From assembly GCA_964057225.1 (NCBI GenBank), contig OZ059900.1:10726001-10790000 (forward strand): a stretch of 64,000 nucleotides of DNA, written 5' to 3'. The notes under the pieces are model-generated. The model saw only the letters and a program-made list of their open reading frames with translations. It made no database searches and was not told where the DNA came from. The position numbers were made by a program, and so were the translations under genes. Source of the DNA: Auanema rhodensis. Lineage: Eukaryota > Animalia > Nematoda. Positions 31,901 through 42,600 of this stretch are shown here, one piece after another; positions within the stretch are counted from its first letter, which is position 1; the number at the start of each line of letters is the position of its first letter.

Positions 31901-34900
31901 GAAACAACACCATCTTTAGAAGAATACTTATATCAACTCATGCCACCAAGAAAACCAAGACTCACCAAGACACGAAACGATTTAGAACTGTACGAACAAC
32001 TAGCACAAGCAAAAATTATCCTGAACGCAATAAATAATCCGAAGAAGCTACATTCAAAAGAAGAATACGAAGCAGAAATGAAGAAATGGATCAAATATGA
32101 AAAAGAACTGAACTTACCACCATTACAACTGCCAAACTACACAGTTATCTTCGATGGCAACGATATATTCTACGGCTTCCGGAAAAGAAATCCTACAAAT
32201 TATAGCATTACACAAGAGGATAGTGAAAAATTTTATAATCATTATCTACCCCTTATCAGTACTCCCGGAACACGACCTTTTGCAACCACAATTAGAAGCA
32301 CTTCGACCCCCCTACAAACTACTACTACAACCACTACCACGACCCCTAAGCCTACAACCATAAGGAACGTCATCACTTCGACAATCACACCCAAAACACA
32401 TATATCCACAACAACTAGACCCAAACCAACAATACCCACGTCTTCATCAACTACTACTACTACTACCACTACTACTACTACTACTTCTACTACTGCTAGA
32501 CCCAGATCAACAACAACCACAACTATATTCACCACTCATCGACCAACACAATCATTCTCCACCCCCCAATCTACATTCAATATTACTACAAACCCAATCA
32601 CAATCACCTCAAGCCAGGAATACAATAGGAAAGAATCACTCACCAAGTCACCGCCTCCAAGAACTACAAAAAGATCTATCACTACCACTCGCAGCACACC
32701 TGAAGAAATATCATCACATATTGGTAAGAAAGCTCACGTAGACTACCTTAAAGCTAAGAACGATATCGTCCAAAAATGGAATGAACATCTTCATCAACAA
32801 GAAACGCAATCTCATCTACAATATGCCACTACCAATCTGGAAGATGATATCATACGTACGTTCACAACAAACAGAAACAACATCTGCCACGTACAAAATA
32901 AACAACTACTTACCTGGTGGGCTATTCTTCAAATAAATCCTACTATAGGGATGCGTACAATGCTACGACGACAGGATATATCTGCAAGATTCATAAATGA
33001 TAAACTAATTTATGTAATGCCATGCACACCAATTCAAATTACAAAAACATACCGCGATCACAAAGTCAACAGCACGTGTTTTCTGGAAACCCCAGTCGAA
33101 ACGGAACATCACGGCCAACTGTTCATCCTACCAGGTACAAGAGACCTCACACCGATGGCACATGCCATACCATGCGGACTCACAATCAAGGATCCCTGGA
33201 AAGAAAACGATCAATGGACTAATAATAACCAATCAATAAATGTAACATCACCAGCATACATCGACGAGTTAGGATCAATCAACCTAGAACATATCAAGTT
33301 TAATGGAAGCAACATTTTCAACAACCTAACAGAATCAACGTTTCCTATGGCACTAGCAATATCATATGGATCCAGCTTAGCAACGCTACAGGCCACTTTA
33401 CCAGGAAGAATAAAACCTGTAATCAAACAAAGATTAATTCCTAACATGAACCCTGTTACCCTAACAGCAGGAGCAGCCAGCAGCTTACTACTCAGCTACG
33501 AACATGCAAAAGAAGCTATAACTTGGAAAATGTTTGACTTTCTGTCACCAATATGGGAAAAGATTCAAACCTGGACACTACGCGTACTTGCTATCATTGG
33601 ATCAATCATCTTAACAATTGGCATAATCACACTCGCCACCTGGATAATAAAAATATACGCATGTAGTTCAAGGATACCCATCAACAATGTCAAATGGGAA
33701 GCAGAATACTTACAACCACTATCAACTGAGAACACAAGAACAGAAACATCTCATCCTTCTCCGTCCGCTCCATACGTCGACAACCATCACAACAGCTGTC
33801 AACTCACATTGTATGATCCTTCAGCACCAATTCCTGAACACATTTATGAAGCTTATTTCCCTACAAGCATGAAGAAAGAAAACATAAACTACATAGGAGG
33901 ATCACAATTACCGTTTGTCCCGATTTCAATCCACAATCACATCTTTAAGGCACTATGGGACACGGGAGCATCAGCATCATACATGCGAGAATCCACCTTC
34001 AAACAACTGCCCGCTGCAACGATGGTACTAAAACAAACAACAGCGATAGTCGCGAATAAATCTAAATTCTCATTTATGGGATACACAAGGATCCTCATAA
34101 CAATAGGAACAACAGAAACAGAACACAAATTTTATGTAGCAGAAGATAACTACTGTCCAGCACCAGTGTTACTTGGAATAGACTTCATGGAAGCATTACA
34201 TCAACAAGGAATTTACACCTCACTTCGACCGCTGGATAAAACAATTGTTATCGGCACAACACATGTTCCACTAGCACGAGAAACATCTCCGTGGGAACAC
34301 CAGACCACGAAAGCATATGTGGTTAGCTTAGAAAACAAAACGCTAAGACCAGGAGAAACAAGAACGCTCACGCTAGAAGTACACGATCCAGAAAGCTATG
34401 AACAGGCGTTTCTAGATTGTAAGAAACCAGGCAACAAACTCTCTTTCACGCCTACTATATTTACGCCAACTGGATACGGAGTACAAATTTACGCGACGAA
34501 CATATGCAAACAGCCACTCGAAATTCAAATGAATCAAGAAATAGGGATAGCAGAAGCGATACCAAAGGACAACCAAGAAAAATACGAAGGACAATACATA
34601 CCTCCAGAAGCTCGATGGGAAGAACAACTGCCATATTTCCCAGACAATTTCATCAATGAGCTTGACCTTTCAGAAGCCTGCTTCTCACAAATCGAACAAC
34701 AGCAACTGAAAGAAATAATTTTACTACATAAACAAGCGTTTCTCAACGAAGATAGAAATATCGGACTCTTCCTAGGACCAATTGAACACTCCATTCCAAT
34801 CATGCCAGGAAAAACACCATCATTCAAAATTACTTATCGTATACCACTCTCCCAACAAGAAGAAGTGGAGAAACAAATAGAAGAAATGCTACAACAAAGA

Positions 34901-37900
34901 ATCATTGAACCATCAAACTCAATGACAACTAGTCCAGTAATTTTGGTGAAGAAGAAAGACAAAACTTATAGATTTGTAACGGACTTTCGAGCTCTGAATG
35001 CAATCACTCAGAAACAAGTATATGTCATATCAAACATACAGGACATCCTAGATTTGGCCGCTGGAGCAAGGATCTTCAGCAACTTTGATTTAGTATCTGG
35101 ATTTTTCCAAATACCTCTTAAGAAAGAAGATCGTCATCTTACAGCTTTCACAACAACAAGTGGAACTTATCAATATTGTCGAATGCCGATGGGATTATGT
35201 GGATCACCCCATACTTTTCAAAACGCAGTACGATACCTGCAATCAATGGTTAAATGCAAGCTATTCGTATATCTAGATGATTTACTGTTAATCTCTGAAT
35301 CTACGACAGCACATTTAAAAGATATTGAAGAAGTTTTGGAAGCAGTAACTCAAATAGGATTCAAAATAAAACTGAAGAAATGCGCATTCGCAAGAAAGGA
35401 AGTAAAATTTCTAGGATACATAGTTGGACAAGAAGGAATTAAACCGGACCCACATAAAATTAAGGCAATACAAGATTATCCCCAACCAAAATCAACAACA
35501 GGAGTAAGAGCTTTCATGGGAGTAGTAAACTACTTCAGAAGGTTCATAAAGAACGCTGCAGGAATAGCAACACCACTCTACAACCTCACTCGGAAAGACA
35601 CTCCGTTCAAATGGACAGAAGAAGAAGAAATTGCTTTTAATACTTTGAAGAAAACATTGACTCAAGCACCTGTGTTACAAGCACCAATCCCGAAACGACC
35701 ATATGTTATTGAAAGTGATGGAAGTATGATAGCAGTTGGCGCTGTACTACTTCAAGCGAAAGACGATCAAGAACCATTACATCCAATAGCTTTTGCTAGT
35801 CGGAAACTCAACAAAGCTGAAAGGAATTATCCACCAATAGAAGTAGAAGCATTAGCTCTTACATTCGCCGTCAAACAATTCCGCACCTACATACTAGGAA
35901 CAGCAACCAAAATTATCACGGACCATAGACCACTCACTAGTTTAATGACTAGAAAAGATTTAATAGGTCGTTTAGCAAAATTTCAAATTGTTTTACAAGA
36001 ATACGATATTGAAATTATCTACAGACCAGGAAAATTAAATAGTGTATGTGACGCATTATCACGATATTTTGAAGATGAAATCAACGAAGCAAAACCACCA
36101 GCAAAGAAGAAAAACGAAAGAAAAACGACGGAAGATACTATTCATCAGATAAACACCTTCACGATAGCAGATATTCGATCAGTTCAGAATCAATCAAATT
36201 GGATAAAAGAAACTATGGATAAAATAAAGAACAATACAGCTGGACGACAACTGACGGACAGATATATTGTGTACAACGATGTACTATACTCAAAACCAAA
36301 AAGAAGCCTACAAGTACCACGAACAATTTTACCACGAGAAGAACACATAATTAATCCAATTATGAAGAAATTTCATGAAGATCCGACACTCGGAGCTCAT
36401 CTAGGAATAAACAAAACAATGGACTCAATATCAAGACGATTTACATGGACTGGAATGCAAGAAGACATTACAAACTACATCAACAGATGTCTTGCTTGTG
36501 CAAAAAGAAAGAACAACCCTCACGAAGCAACGGTGGAACCAATGAAAAATTTTCCAACATCAACAAAACCATGGCAAAGAGTACACATGGATATACTCGG
36601 ACCATTACCTAGGACAGAACAAGAAAACAGATATGTTCTTTCAATTCAAGATTCTTTTTCAAAATGGATAATCGCAATTCCGCTAATCAGACAAACATCA
36701 GAAGAAATTATATCAGCTATCGAAAAATATCTCTTCTATGTTTTTGGACCACCTGTCACTATCATCACAGACAATGGATCTAATTTTATTTCAAACGATT
36801 TCACCACTATGTGCAGTAATTTTGGAACTACACACCACACTACTATGCCGTATTACAAAAACGCTAACGGACAAGTAGAAAGATTACATCGGACGATCGA
36901 AGAAGCATTAACAGCCTACGTTAATGACGAACAAAACGATTGGGATAAGATACTTCCGAAGATTATTTTTACACTCAACAGATTACCAAACGCCACCACT
37001 AAAACATCACCATACGAATGTTTGTTTGGACAAGTAGCACGTCTACCCATTGACAAAAACTTGGAAACACCGGAAGAACAAAATACCACGGATCAGCTCA
37101 AAAACTTAAGAGATATTCAAGAAAAAGTCAAGGAAAAGATTGCCACCAATGAAGAAAGAATGAAGCAGAAATATGATCAAGCACATAGGACAAAAGAAAG
37201 AATATTAGATATAGGAGATCGAGTATTTGTACAAAGAGCGAACCCAAGCAACAAATTACAAATACGAAGAGATGGACCTTACCGGATAGTGACAATTGAA
37301 GGAAACAACATCAGCATAACGGACCAAGAAGGAAATATTATAAAAGCTCACAAAAATAACATACGTTATTTTCCACCAGACGATAATCTTATATCAACAA
37401 GAAATAATGAAGAAGAGGAAGAAGAAGACCAAGACATAGCAAACGAAGAAGAAGAAGAAGAAGAAGCAAGTTGGAATAATCTGGATGAATGGGAACAAAC
37501 CAATAATACGGAAAATAACAACAACTGTTATCCAACAGGCAGTTCAGATACTCTCGCGCAACTGTTACCTATCACAGGGAATAACAGAGGAGTAAACGAA
37601 GAAGAAATTGAACATAATTCAGAAACACCTGACGACCTTGCTACAGCAAGAAGAATAACAAATTCTAATATACAATTAGAAGATGAATCAACAACAATCG
37701 ACAGAATTCAAGAGGACCTCAGACAGCTGACACCTTTCTCTCAAGAAGAAGGTTCTAATCAAAACGATATAGAAGATAATAACGCAAAAACATACGAAAA
37801 GCTACGAGATCAATTCAAGAATGAAAACAGAAAGGAGCTATTTGAGGACAGAAACAGAAACTCACCAGCAATCAAAAATTGGAACACTACACTTGCCGCA

Positions 37901-38086
37901 GCACTAGGAATAGGAAATGAAAACTCACGCCCGTATCATGTTAAACTACAACCCAAAAGAAAAACACAAGACGAAGAAATCAGAAGTAATGGAGAATTGG
38001 AACTACATGGAAAAGCGGATCAAAGCAAAAAGCAGCAGAATAAATCTCCAACGCAAAACAAAGGAGAACAAGTACGAAACTTTTAA
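28904..38086 (+). CDS. Gag-Env-Pol polyprotein, copy 3 (frame open from 28859)
   Basis: Same architecture, with a 6-aa deletion in the Thr tract and scattered substitutions. Confidence 0.93.
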   Translation: MLPNTGPKPPLDPAATSNIIRRKRQPPATYSPPSAKQAKISIKTKSMVIHTPRHRGIQKQFTNPKSHEKTKKQKTDIVERNTLEKKIIPNIKPIPKNIASKGNPQNPPTNTIPNTINPINPLIATPRRSNTPTTQKSPTPALSSTTPAVSSSPPLRNSPSSIDHSTSGHSLSPSLPSQTNQANTFVAENKRINPRMDPMDEGAPLTQTSGRAPVPTPTIIPQPAAIPSAIRDIKAPRYDGKTPFNRYLLYLDEHFNATRTTMPERLQSIQLLLEDDRAREAYRKLTTEDKRLGWDHVKKRLSEMITPKKQRERAMHRLHGLKQLPTESVQSFATRCSNEAYSAMDMNNESELNMLRSTFTWGLRPEISEHVSRLDPPNFEEAYEMALREELFIQNRPPSFVNNMEKSFNNLNIRDSKDNNQYQRNESKDFKGTKPMYNGNGKPHNRYPDRYNNQYRPHQHQYRNHNSRFSQNKGSRQNYFDRSRNRSQERPYYRNRDQNYSGHNNRRQSNNHEQYPSQYNRSQYNNYRSRPRSTSNGPERYRERTQSPGVRFQVNNVTENEVPNNKRKSTPFLPLFITIIALIINTCSAETTYQLCTGNRGGIYVEPPSPTACRSTAPTNNHIQKTTAELFIQNLQPKEWEAWKCAIETYQLCIHDVFFIRETNVSLAKVSPTTLQECSSAIKERIFNGTNLQREAPGLYGTPFPHTTITNGIWKQECEQRTRFIAERGHMTSLQDNTVLSDIFINDNGCTSDKGQCLTNNALIIWTPPSEKHSCSYTSLGSHEVFISEDTILIPGIQSAFILNNKTPEKEASSCLQKDIFTTNSGTLISFNSTSSLGRSRRHAITEYPKGFLTVHQYPSLRYSASKTGTILLYTTYIQRKRLDIHYNLNNITKMLPKYIAIFKYLGINFDVIKNRLIWHKYEDVNIAILHALGEAEIREATKIAIDNLSYKELTHKLSKRITIKDFKKILPTKTGDYYEIAKEIAYSLAEIPTTLATGETTPSLEEYLYQLMPPRKPRLTKTRNDLELYEQLAQAKIILNAINNPKKLHSKEEYEAEMKKWIKYEKELNLPPLQLPNYTVIFDGNDIFYGFRKRNPTNYSITQEDSEKFYNHYLPLISTPGTRPFATTIRSTSTPLQTTTTTTTTTPKPTTIRNVITSTITPKTHISTTTRPKPTIPTSSSTTTTTTTTTTTTSTTARPRSTTTTTIFTTHRPTQSFSTPQSTFNITTNPITITSSQEYNRKESLTKSPPPRTTKRSITTTRSTPEEISSHIGKKAHVDYLKAKNDIVQKWNEHLHQQETQSHLQYATTNLEDDIIRTFTTNRNNICHVQNKQLLTWWAILQINPTIGMRTMLRRQDISARFINDKLIYVMPCTPIQITKTYRDHKVNSTCFLETPVETEHHGQLFILPGTRDLTPMAHAIPCGLTIKDPWKENDQWTNNNQSINVTSPAYIDELGSINLEHIKFNGSNIFNNLTESTFPMALAISYGSSLATLQATLPGRIKPVIKQRLIPNMNPVTLTAGAASSLLLSYEHAKEAITWKMFDFLSPIWEKIQTWTLRVLAIIGSIILTIGIITLATWIIKIYACSSRIPINNVKWEAEYLQPLSTENTRTETSHPSPSAPYVDNHHNSCQLTLYDPSAPIPEHIYEAYFPTSMKKENINYIGGSQLPFVPISIHNHIFKALWDTGASASYMRESTFKQLPAATMVLKQTTAIVANKSKFSFMGYTRILITIGTTETEHKFYVAEDNYCPAPVLLGIDFMEALHQQGIYTSLRPLDKTIVIGTTHVPLARETSPWEHQTTKAYVVSLENKTLRPGETRTLTLEVHDPESYEQAFLDCKKPGNKLSFTPTIFTPTGYGVQIYATNICKQPLEIQMNQEIGIAEAIPKDNQEKYEGQYIPPEARWEEQLPYFPDNFINELDLSEACFSQIEQQQLKEIILLHKQAFLNEDRNIGLFLGPIEHSIPIMPGKTPSFKITYRIPLSQQEEVEKQIEEMLQQRIIEPSNSMTTSPVILVKKKDKTYRFVTDFRALNAITQKQVYVISNIQDILDLAAGARIFSNFDLVSGFFQIPLKKEDRHLTAFTTTSGTYQYCRMPMGLCGSPHTFQNAVRYLQSMVKCKLFVYLDDLLLISESTTAHLKDIEEVLEAVTQIGFKIKLKKCAFARKEVKFLGYIVGQEGIKPDPHKIKAIQDYPQPKSTTGVRAFMGVVNYFRRFIKNAAGIATPLYNLTRKDTPFKWTEEEEIAFNTLKKTLTQAPVLQAPIPKRPYVIESDGSMIAVGAVLLQAKDDQEPLHPIAFASRKLNKAERNYPPIEVEALALTFAVKQFRTYILGTATKIITDHRPLTSLMTRKDLIGRLAKFQIVLQEYDIEIIYRPGKLNSVCDALSRYFEDEINEAKPPAKKKNERKTTEDTIHQINTFTIADIRSVQNQSNWIKETMDKIKNNTAGRQLTDRYIVYNDVLYSKPKRSLQVPRTILPREEHIINPIMKKFHEDPTLGAHLGINKTMDSISRRFTWTGMQEDITNYINRCLACAKRKNNPHEATVEPMKNFPTSTKPWQRVHMDILGPLPRTEQENRYVLSIQDSFSKWIIAIPLIRQTSEEIISAIEKYLFYVFGPPVTIITDNGSNFISNDFTTMCSNFGTTHHTTMPYYKNANGQVERLHRTIEEALTAYVNDEQNDWDKILPKIIFTLNRLPNATTKTSPYECLFGQVARLPIDKNLETPEEQNTTDQLKNLRDIQEKVKEKIATNEERMKQKYDQAHRTKERILDIGDRVFVQRANPSNKLQIRRDGPYRIVTIEGNNISITDQEGNIIKAHKNNIRYFPPDDNLISTRNNEEEEEEDQDIANEEEEEEEASWNNLDEWEQTNNTENNNNCYPTGSSDTLAQLLPITGNNRGVNEEEIEHNSETPDDLATARRITNSNIQLEDESTTIDRIQEDLRQLTPFSQEEGSNQNDIEDNNAKTYEKLRDQFKNENRKELFEDRNRNSPAIKNWNTTLAAALGIGNENSRPYHVKLQPKRKTQDEEIRSNGELELHGKADQSKKQQNKSPTQNKGEQVRNF

Positions 38087-38290
38087 TTAACTAACAAAAA
38101 TCGTAGAATTGTAAAAATAATTTTTCTTTCTTTCGTATAGTACATTAAACATAAGACATAGATCAAAAACCACCGAAATTCTAATTTCTATCCTTTAATT
38201 TTAACAAATTGTAACAATCACTGAAAAACAAACTATATAAAGAGAAAATTTTGATAGAGAAAAATTCAATAACACTTTTTCTTACTCAAA

Positions 38291-38935
38291 ATGACCTCCT
38301 CTCTTGCCAACGTCACACTCTCTACATTCCTCGCAACTCCAACACCACTGGTCCCTCTAGCGACCACTATTGAACAAGAATGGATAGAGGTAGAAAACCT
38401 TCGTGAAGGTCTTCTACCTATCAACTGCATGAAGCCCAACTTAGGACCAATAATAAGCCTCCAAACGAGCAAATTGGAAAAGAAGGCACAGCACATCCTA
38501 TTTATGATGGAACTATTGGAGGAGAAAACCAAAAACTATAAGGAAAACGAGCTGAAGGAGCTTCGCCAGCATCAAAAGAAATGGACAGAAGGATGTTCTC
38601 TCAGCCAGAAAGAGAACAGAATCCGACACATAATGCTGGGACAACCCGCCAGAACGCAGACCACAGCTGACATCTACAAAGCAATGCCGACGTGGACAAC
38701 ACAGATGACACAACAAGCTGTAGGAAATAGCGGAACCGAAGAAGAAGCATCGTGGATAGAGATAGGGCAAGACCTATCAGTAGTAATCGAAAAACTACTG
38801 ACAAAAAGGACTACAAACACGTCCGCATCAAAAAGTAAGGCAAAAGCAGTTAGCCAAACCATCAGAACAATGGAGCTGCTTGGACTAGCATCAATGACGG
38901 AAATGATCCAGGAAATTGACCAACTGGCGGATTAA
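38291..38935 (+). CDS. Accessory ORF2, copy 3
   Basis: Intact 214-aa ORF with a few substitutions. An upstream indel removes the TTG extension seen in copies 1/2, which supports this ATG as the start. Confidence 0.72.
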   Translation: MTSSLANVTLSTFLATPTPLVPLATTIEQEWIEVENLREGLLPINCMKPNLGPIISLQTSKLEKKAQHILFMMELLEEKTKNYKENELKELRQHQKKWTEGCSLSQKENRIRHIMLGQPARTQTTADIYKAMPTWTTQMTQQAVGNSGTEEEASWIEIGQDLSVVIEKLLTKRTTNTSASKSKAKAVSQTIRTMELLGLASMTEMIQEIDQLAD

Positions 38936-39009
38936 AGAAGAGAGGAAAGGTTTAAATCATTTATAAAATTCTATCTCTTAAAATTTTTCTCTTTATCAAT
39001 AGTTTGTTG

Positions 39010-39041
<32 letters not shown>

Positions 39042-39634
39042 GCTTTATCTCATGCCATTTTATTTTTTTTTTTATTTTATTTTTTATTTTTCTCTCTTAA
39101 TTATTATTTGCATATAACAGCTGAGGTCAGCTGACTTGTATCCGTTGGGGCATGTTACATACATATCTCAAAGGAAAGCAGCTGACCATGGCAGCTGCTA
39201 TTATTAAACTAATGCAGATAGTTTTTAAGCAATTCTGAGAATATTCTAAATGCACTTTTTATAAGCTTTGTAACAATTTGTGTAAACTGAGTAGGAGTTG
39301 TATGGATATATAAACCTGAGTCCTCAAGACTCAGGCATCTCATTATCTCATTATCTTACTTTCTCTTTATCTTCTTTATATTCTCTTTCTTAACTCTAGC
39401 TTAAATCTTTGTATAATTATATTATAATGCGAACAATAAACCTTTATATATTTGATCTCTTGTTTCTTATTTCACCTTACATTACACACTTATATTTAAA
39501 ATCATACTCATCGTCTCATAATCTGTTTGGATATCTCAACTTGGAACCATTGGGAATCTAAATGGAACGTTGACGTTATTTATTCTCACAATAATTTCTT
39601 TGTTTATGTAAGAGTATTCTTGGAAAAACACTGT

Positions 39635-42600
39635 GATCAGGTGGCCGAGTGGTTAAGGCGATGGACTGCTAATCCATTGGGGTTTCCCCGCGTGAGTTCG
39701 AATCTCATCCTGATCGTTAGTTTTGTTTTTTATGACAACGGATGCTCCATTCAAACTATCATTTTCTAAATAAAGCCAAGCCACCTGATTTAATAGGAAG
39801 ACTATATTATTCATTTGTTGACGTTATTTATTCTCACAATAATTTCTTTGTTTATGTAAGAGTATTCTTGGAAAAACCCTGTGATCAGGTGGCCGAGTGG
39901 TTAAGGCGATGGACTGCTAATCCATTGGGGTTTCCCCGCGTGAGTTCGAATCTCATCCTGATCGTTAGTTTTGTTTTTTATGACAACGGATGCTCCATTC
40001 AAACTATCATTTTCTAAATAAAGCCAAGCCACCTGATTTAATAGGAAGACTATATTATTCATTTGTTGACGTTATTTATTCTCACAATAATTTCTTTCTT
40101 TATGTAAGAGTATTCTTGGAAAAACCCTGTGATCAGGTGGCCGAGTGGTTAAGGCGATGGACTGCTAATCCATTGGGGTTTCCCCGCGTGAGTTCGAATC
40201 TCATCCTGATCGTTAGTTTTGTTTTTTATGACAACGGATGCTCCATTCAAACTATCATTTTCTAAATGAAGCCAAGCCACCTGATTTAACAGGAAGACTT
40301 TCTTATTTGTTTGTTGACGATATTTGTTGTCACAATAATTTCTTTGTTTAAGTAAGAGTTTTCTTGGAAAAACCCTGTGATCAGGTGGCCGAGTGGTTAA
40401 GGCGATGGACTGCTAATCCATTGGGGTTTCCCCGCGTGAGTTCGAATCTCATCCTGATCGTTAGTTTTGTTTTTTATGACAACGGATGCTCCATTCAAAC
40501 TATCATTTTCTAAATAAAGCCAAGCCACCTGATTTAATAGGAAGACTATATTATTCATTTGTTGACGTTATTTATTCTCACAATAATTTCTTTGTTTATG
40601 TAAGAGTATTCTTGGAAAAACCCTGTGATCAGGTGGCCGAGTGGTTAAGGCGATGGACTGCTAATCCATTGGGGTTTCCCCGCGTGAGTTCGAATCTCAT
40701 CCTGATCGTTAGTTTTGTTTTTTATGACAACGGATGCTCCATTCAAACTATCATTTTCTAAATAAAGCCAAGCCACCTGATTTAATAGGAAGACTATATT
40801 ATTCATTTGTTGACGTTATTTATTCTCACAATAATTTCTTTCTTTATGTAAGAGTATTCTTGGAAAAACCCTGTGATCAGGTGGCCGAGTGGTTAAGGCG
40901 ATGGACTGCTAATCCATTGGGGTTTCCCCGCGTGAGTTCGAATCTCATCCTGATCGTTAGTTTTGTTTTTTATGACAACGGATGCTCCATTCAAACTATC
41001 ATTTTCTAAATAAAGCCAAGCCACCTGATTTAATAGGAAGACTATATTATTCATTTGTTGACGTTATTTATTCTCACAATAATTTCTTTGTTTATGTAAG
41101 AGTATTCTTGGAAAAACCCTGTGATCAGGTGGCCGAGTGGTTAAGGCGATGGACTGCTAATCCATTGGGGTTTCCCCGCGTGAGTTCGAATCTCATCCTG
41201 ATCGTTAGTTTTGTTTTTTATGACAACGGATGCTCCATTCAAACTATCATTTTCTAAATAAAGCCAAGCCACCTGATTTAATAGGAAGACTATATTATTC
41301 ATTTGTTGACGTTATTTATTCTCACAATAATTTCTTTGTTTAAGTAAGAGTATTCTTGGAAAAACCCTGTGATCAGGTGGCCGAGTGGTTAAGGCGATGG
41401 ACTGCTAATCCATTGGGGTTTCCCCGCGTCAGTTCGAATCTCATCCTGATCGTTAGTTTTGTTTTTTATGACAACGGATGCTCCATTCAAACTATCATTT
41501 TCTAAATAAAGCCAAGCCACCTGATTTAATAGGAAGACTATATTATTCATTTGTTGACGTTATTTATTCTCACAATAATTTCTTTGTTTAAGTAAGAGTA
41601 TTCTTGGAAAAACCCTGTGATCAGGTGGCCGAGTGGTTAAGGCGATGGACTGCTAATCCATTGGGGTTTCCCCGCGTGAGTTCGAATCTCATCCTGATCG
41701 TTAGTTTTGTTTTTTATGACAACGGATGCTCCATTCAAACTATCATTTTCTAAATAAAGCCAAGCCACCTGATTTAATAGGAAGACTATATTATTCATTT
41801 GTTGACGTTATTTATTCTCACAATAATTTCTTTGTTAATGTAAGAGTATTCTTGGAAAAACCCTGTGATCAGGTGGCCGAGTGGTTAAGGCGATGGACTG
41901 CTAATCCATTGGGGTTTCCCCGCGTGAGTTCGAATCTCATCCTGATCGTTAGTTTTGTTTTTTATGACAACGGATGCTCCATTCAAACTATCATTTTCTA
42001 AATAAAGCCAAGCCACCTGATTTAATAGGAAGACTATATTATTCATTTGTTGACGTTATTTATTCTCACAATAATTTCTTTGTTTATGTAAGAGTATTCT
42101 TGGAAAAACCCTGTGATCAGGTGGCCGAGTGGTTAAGGCGATGGACTGCTAATCCATTGGGGTTTCCCCGCGTGAGTTCGAATCTCATCCTGATCGTTAG
42201 TTTTGTTTTTTATGACAACGGATGCTCCATTCAAACTATCATTTTCTAAATAAAGCCAAGCCACCTGATTTAATAGGAAGACTATATTATTCATTTGTTG
42301 ACGTTATTTATTCTCACAATAATTTCTTTGTTTATGTAAGAGTATTCTTGGAAAAACCCTGTGATCAGGTGGCCGAGTGGTTAAGGCGATGGACTGCTAA
42401 TCCATTGGGGTTTCCCCGCGTGAGTTCGAATCTCATCCTGATCGTTAGTTTTGTTTTTTATGACAACGGATGCTCCATTCAAACTATCATTTTCTAAATA
42501 AAGCCAAGCCACCTGATTTAATAGGAAGACTATATTATTCATTTGTTGACGTTATTTATTCTCACAATAATTTCTTTGTTTATGTAAGAGTATTCTTGGA

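Larger units (their letters stand above)
27245..39569 (+). mobile_element. Ty3/gypsy element copy 3, intact provirus with TSD
   Basis: LTRs 27245-27661 and 39153-39569 (one mismatch seen). TSD TTGA at 27241-27244 and 39570-39573 (or GTTGA if the LTR ends one base earlier). PBS 27662-27679. Confidence 0.96.
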
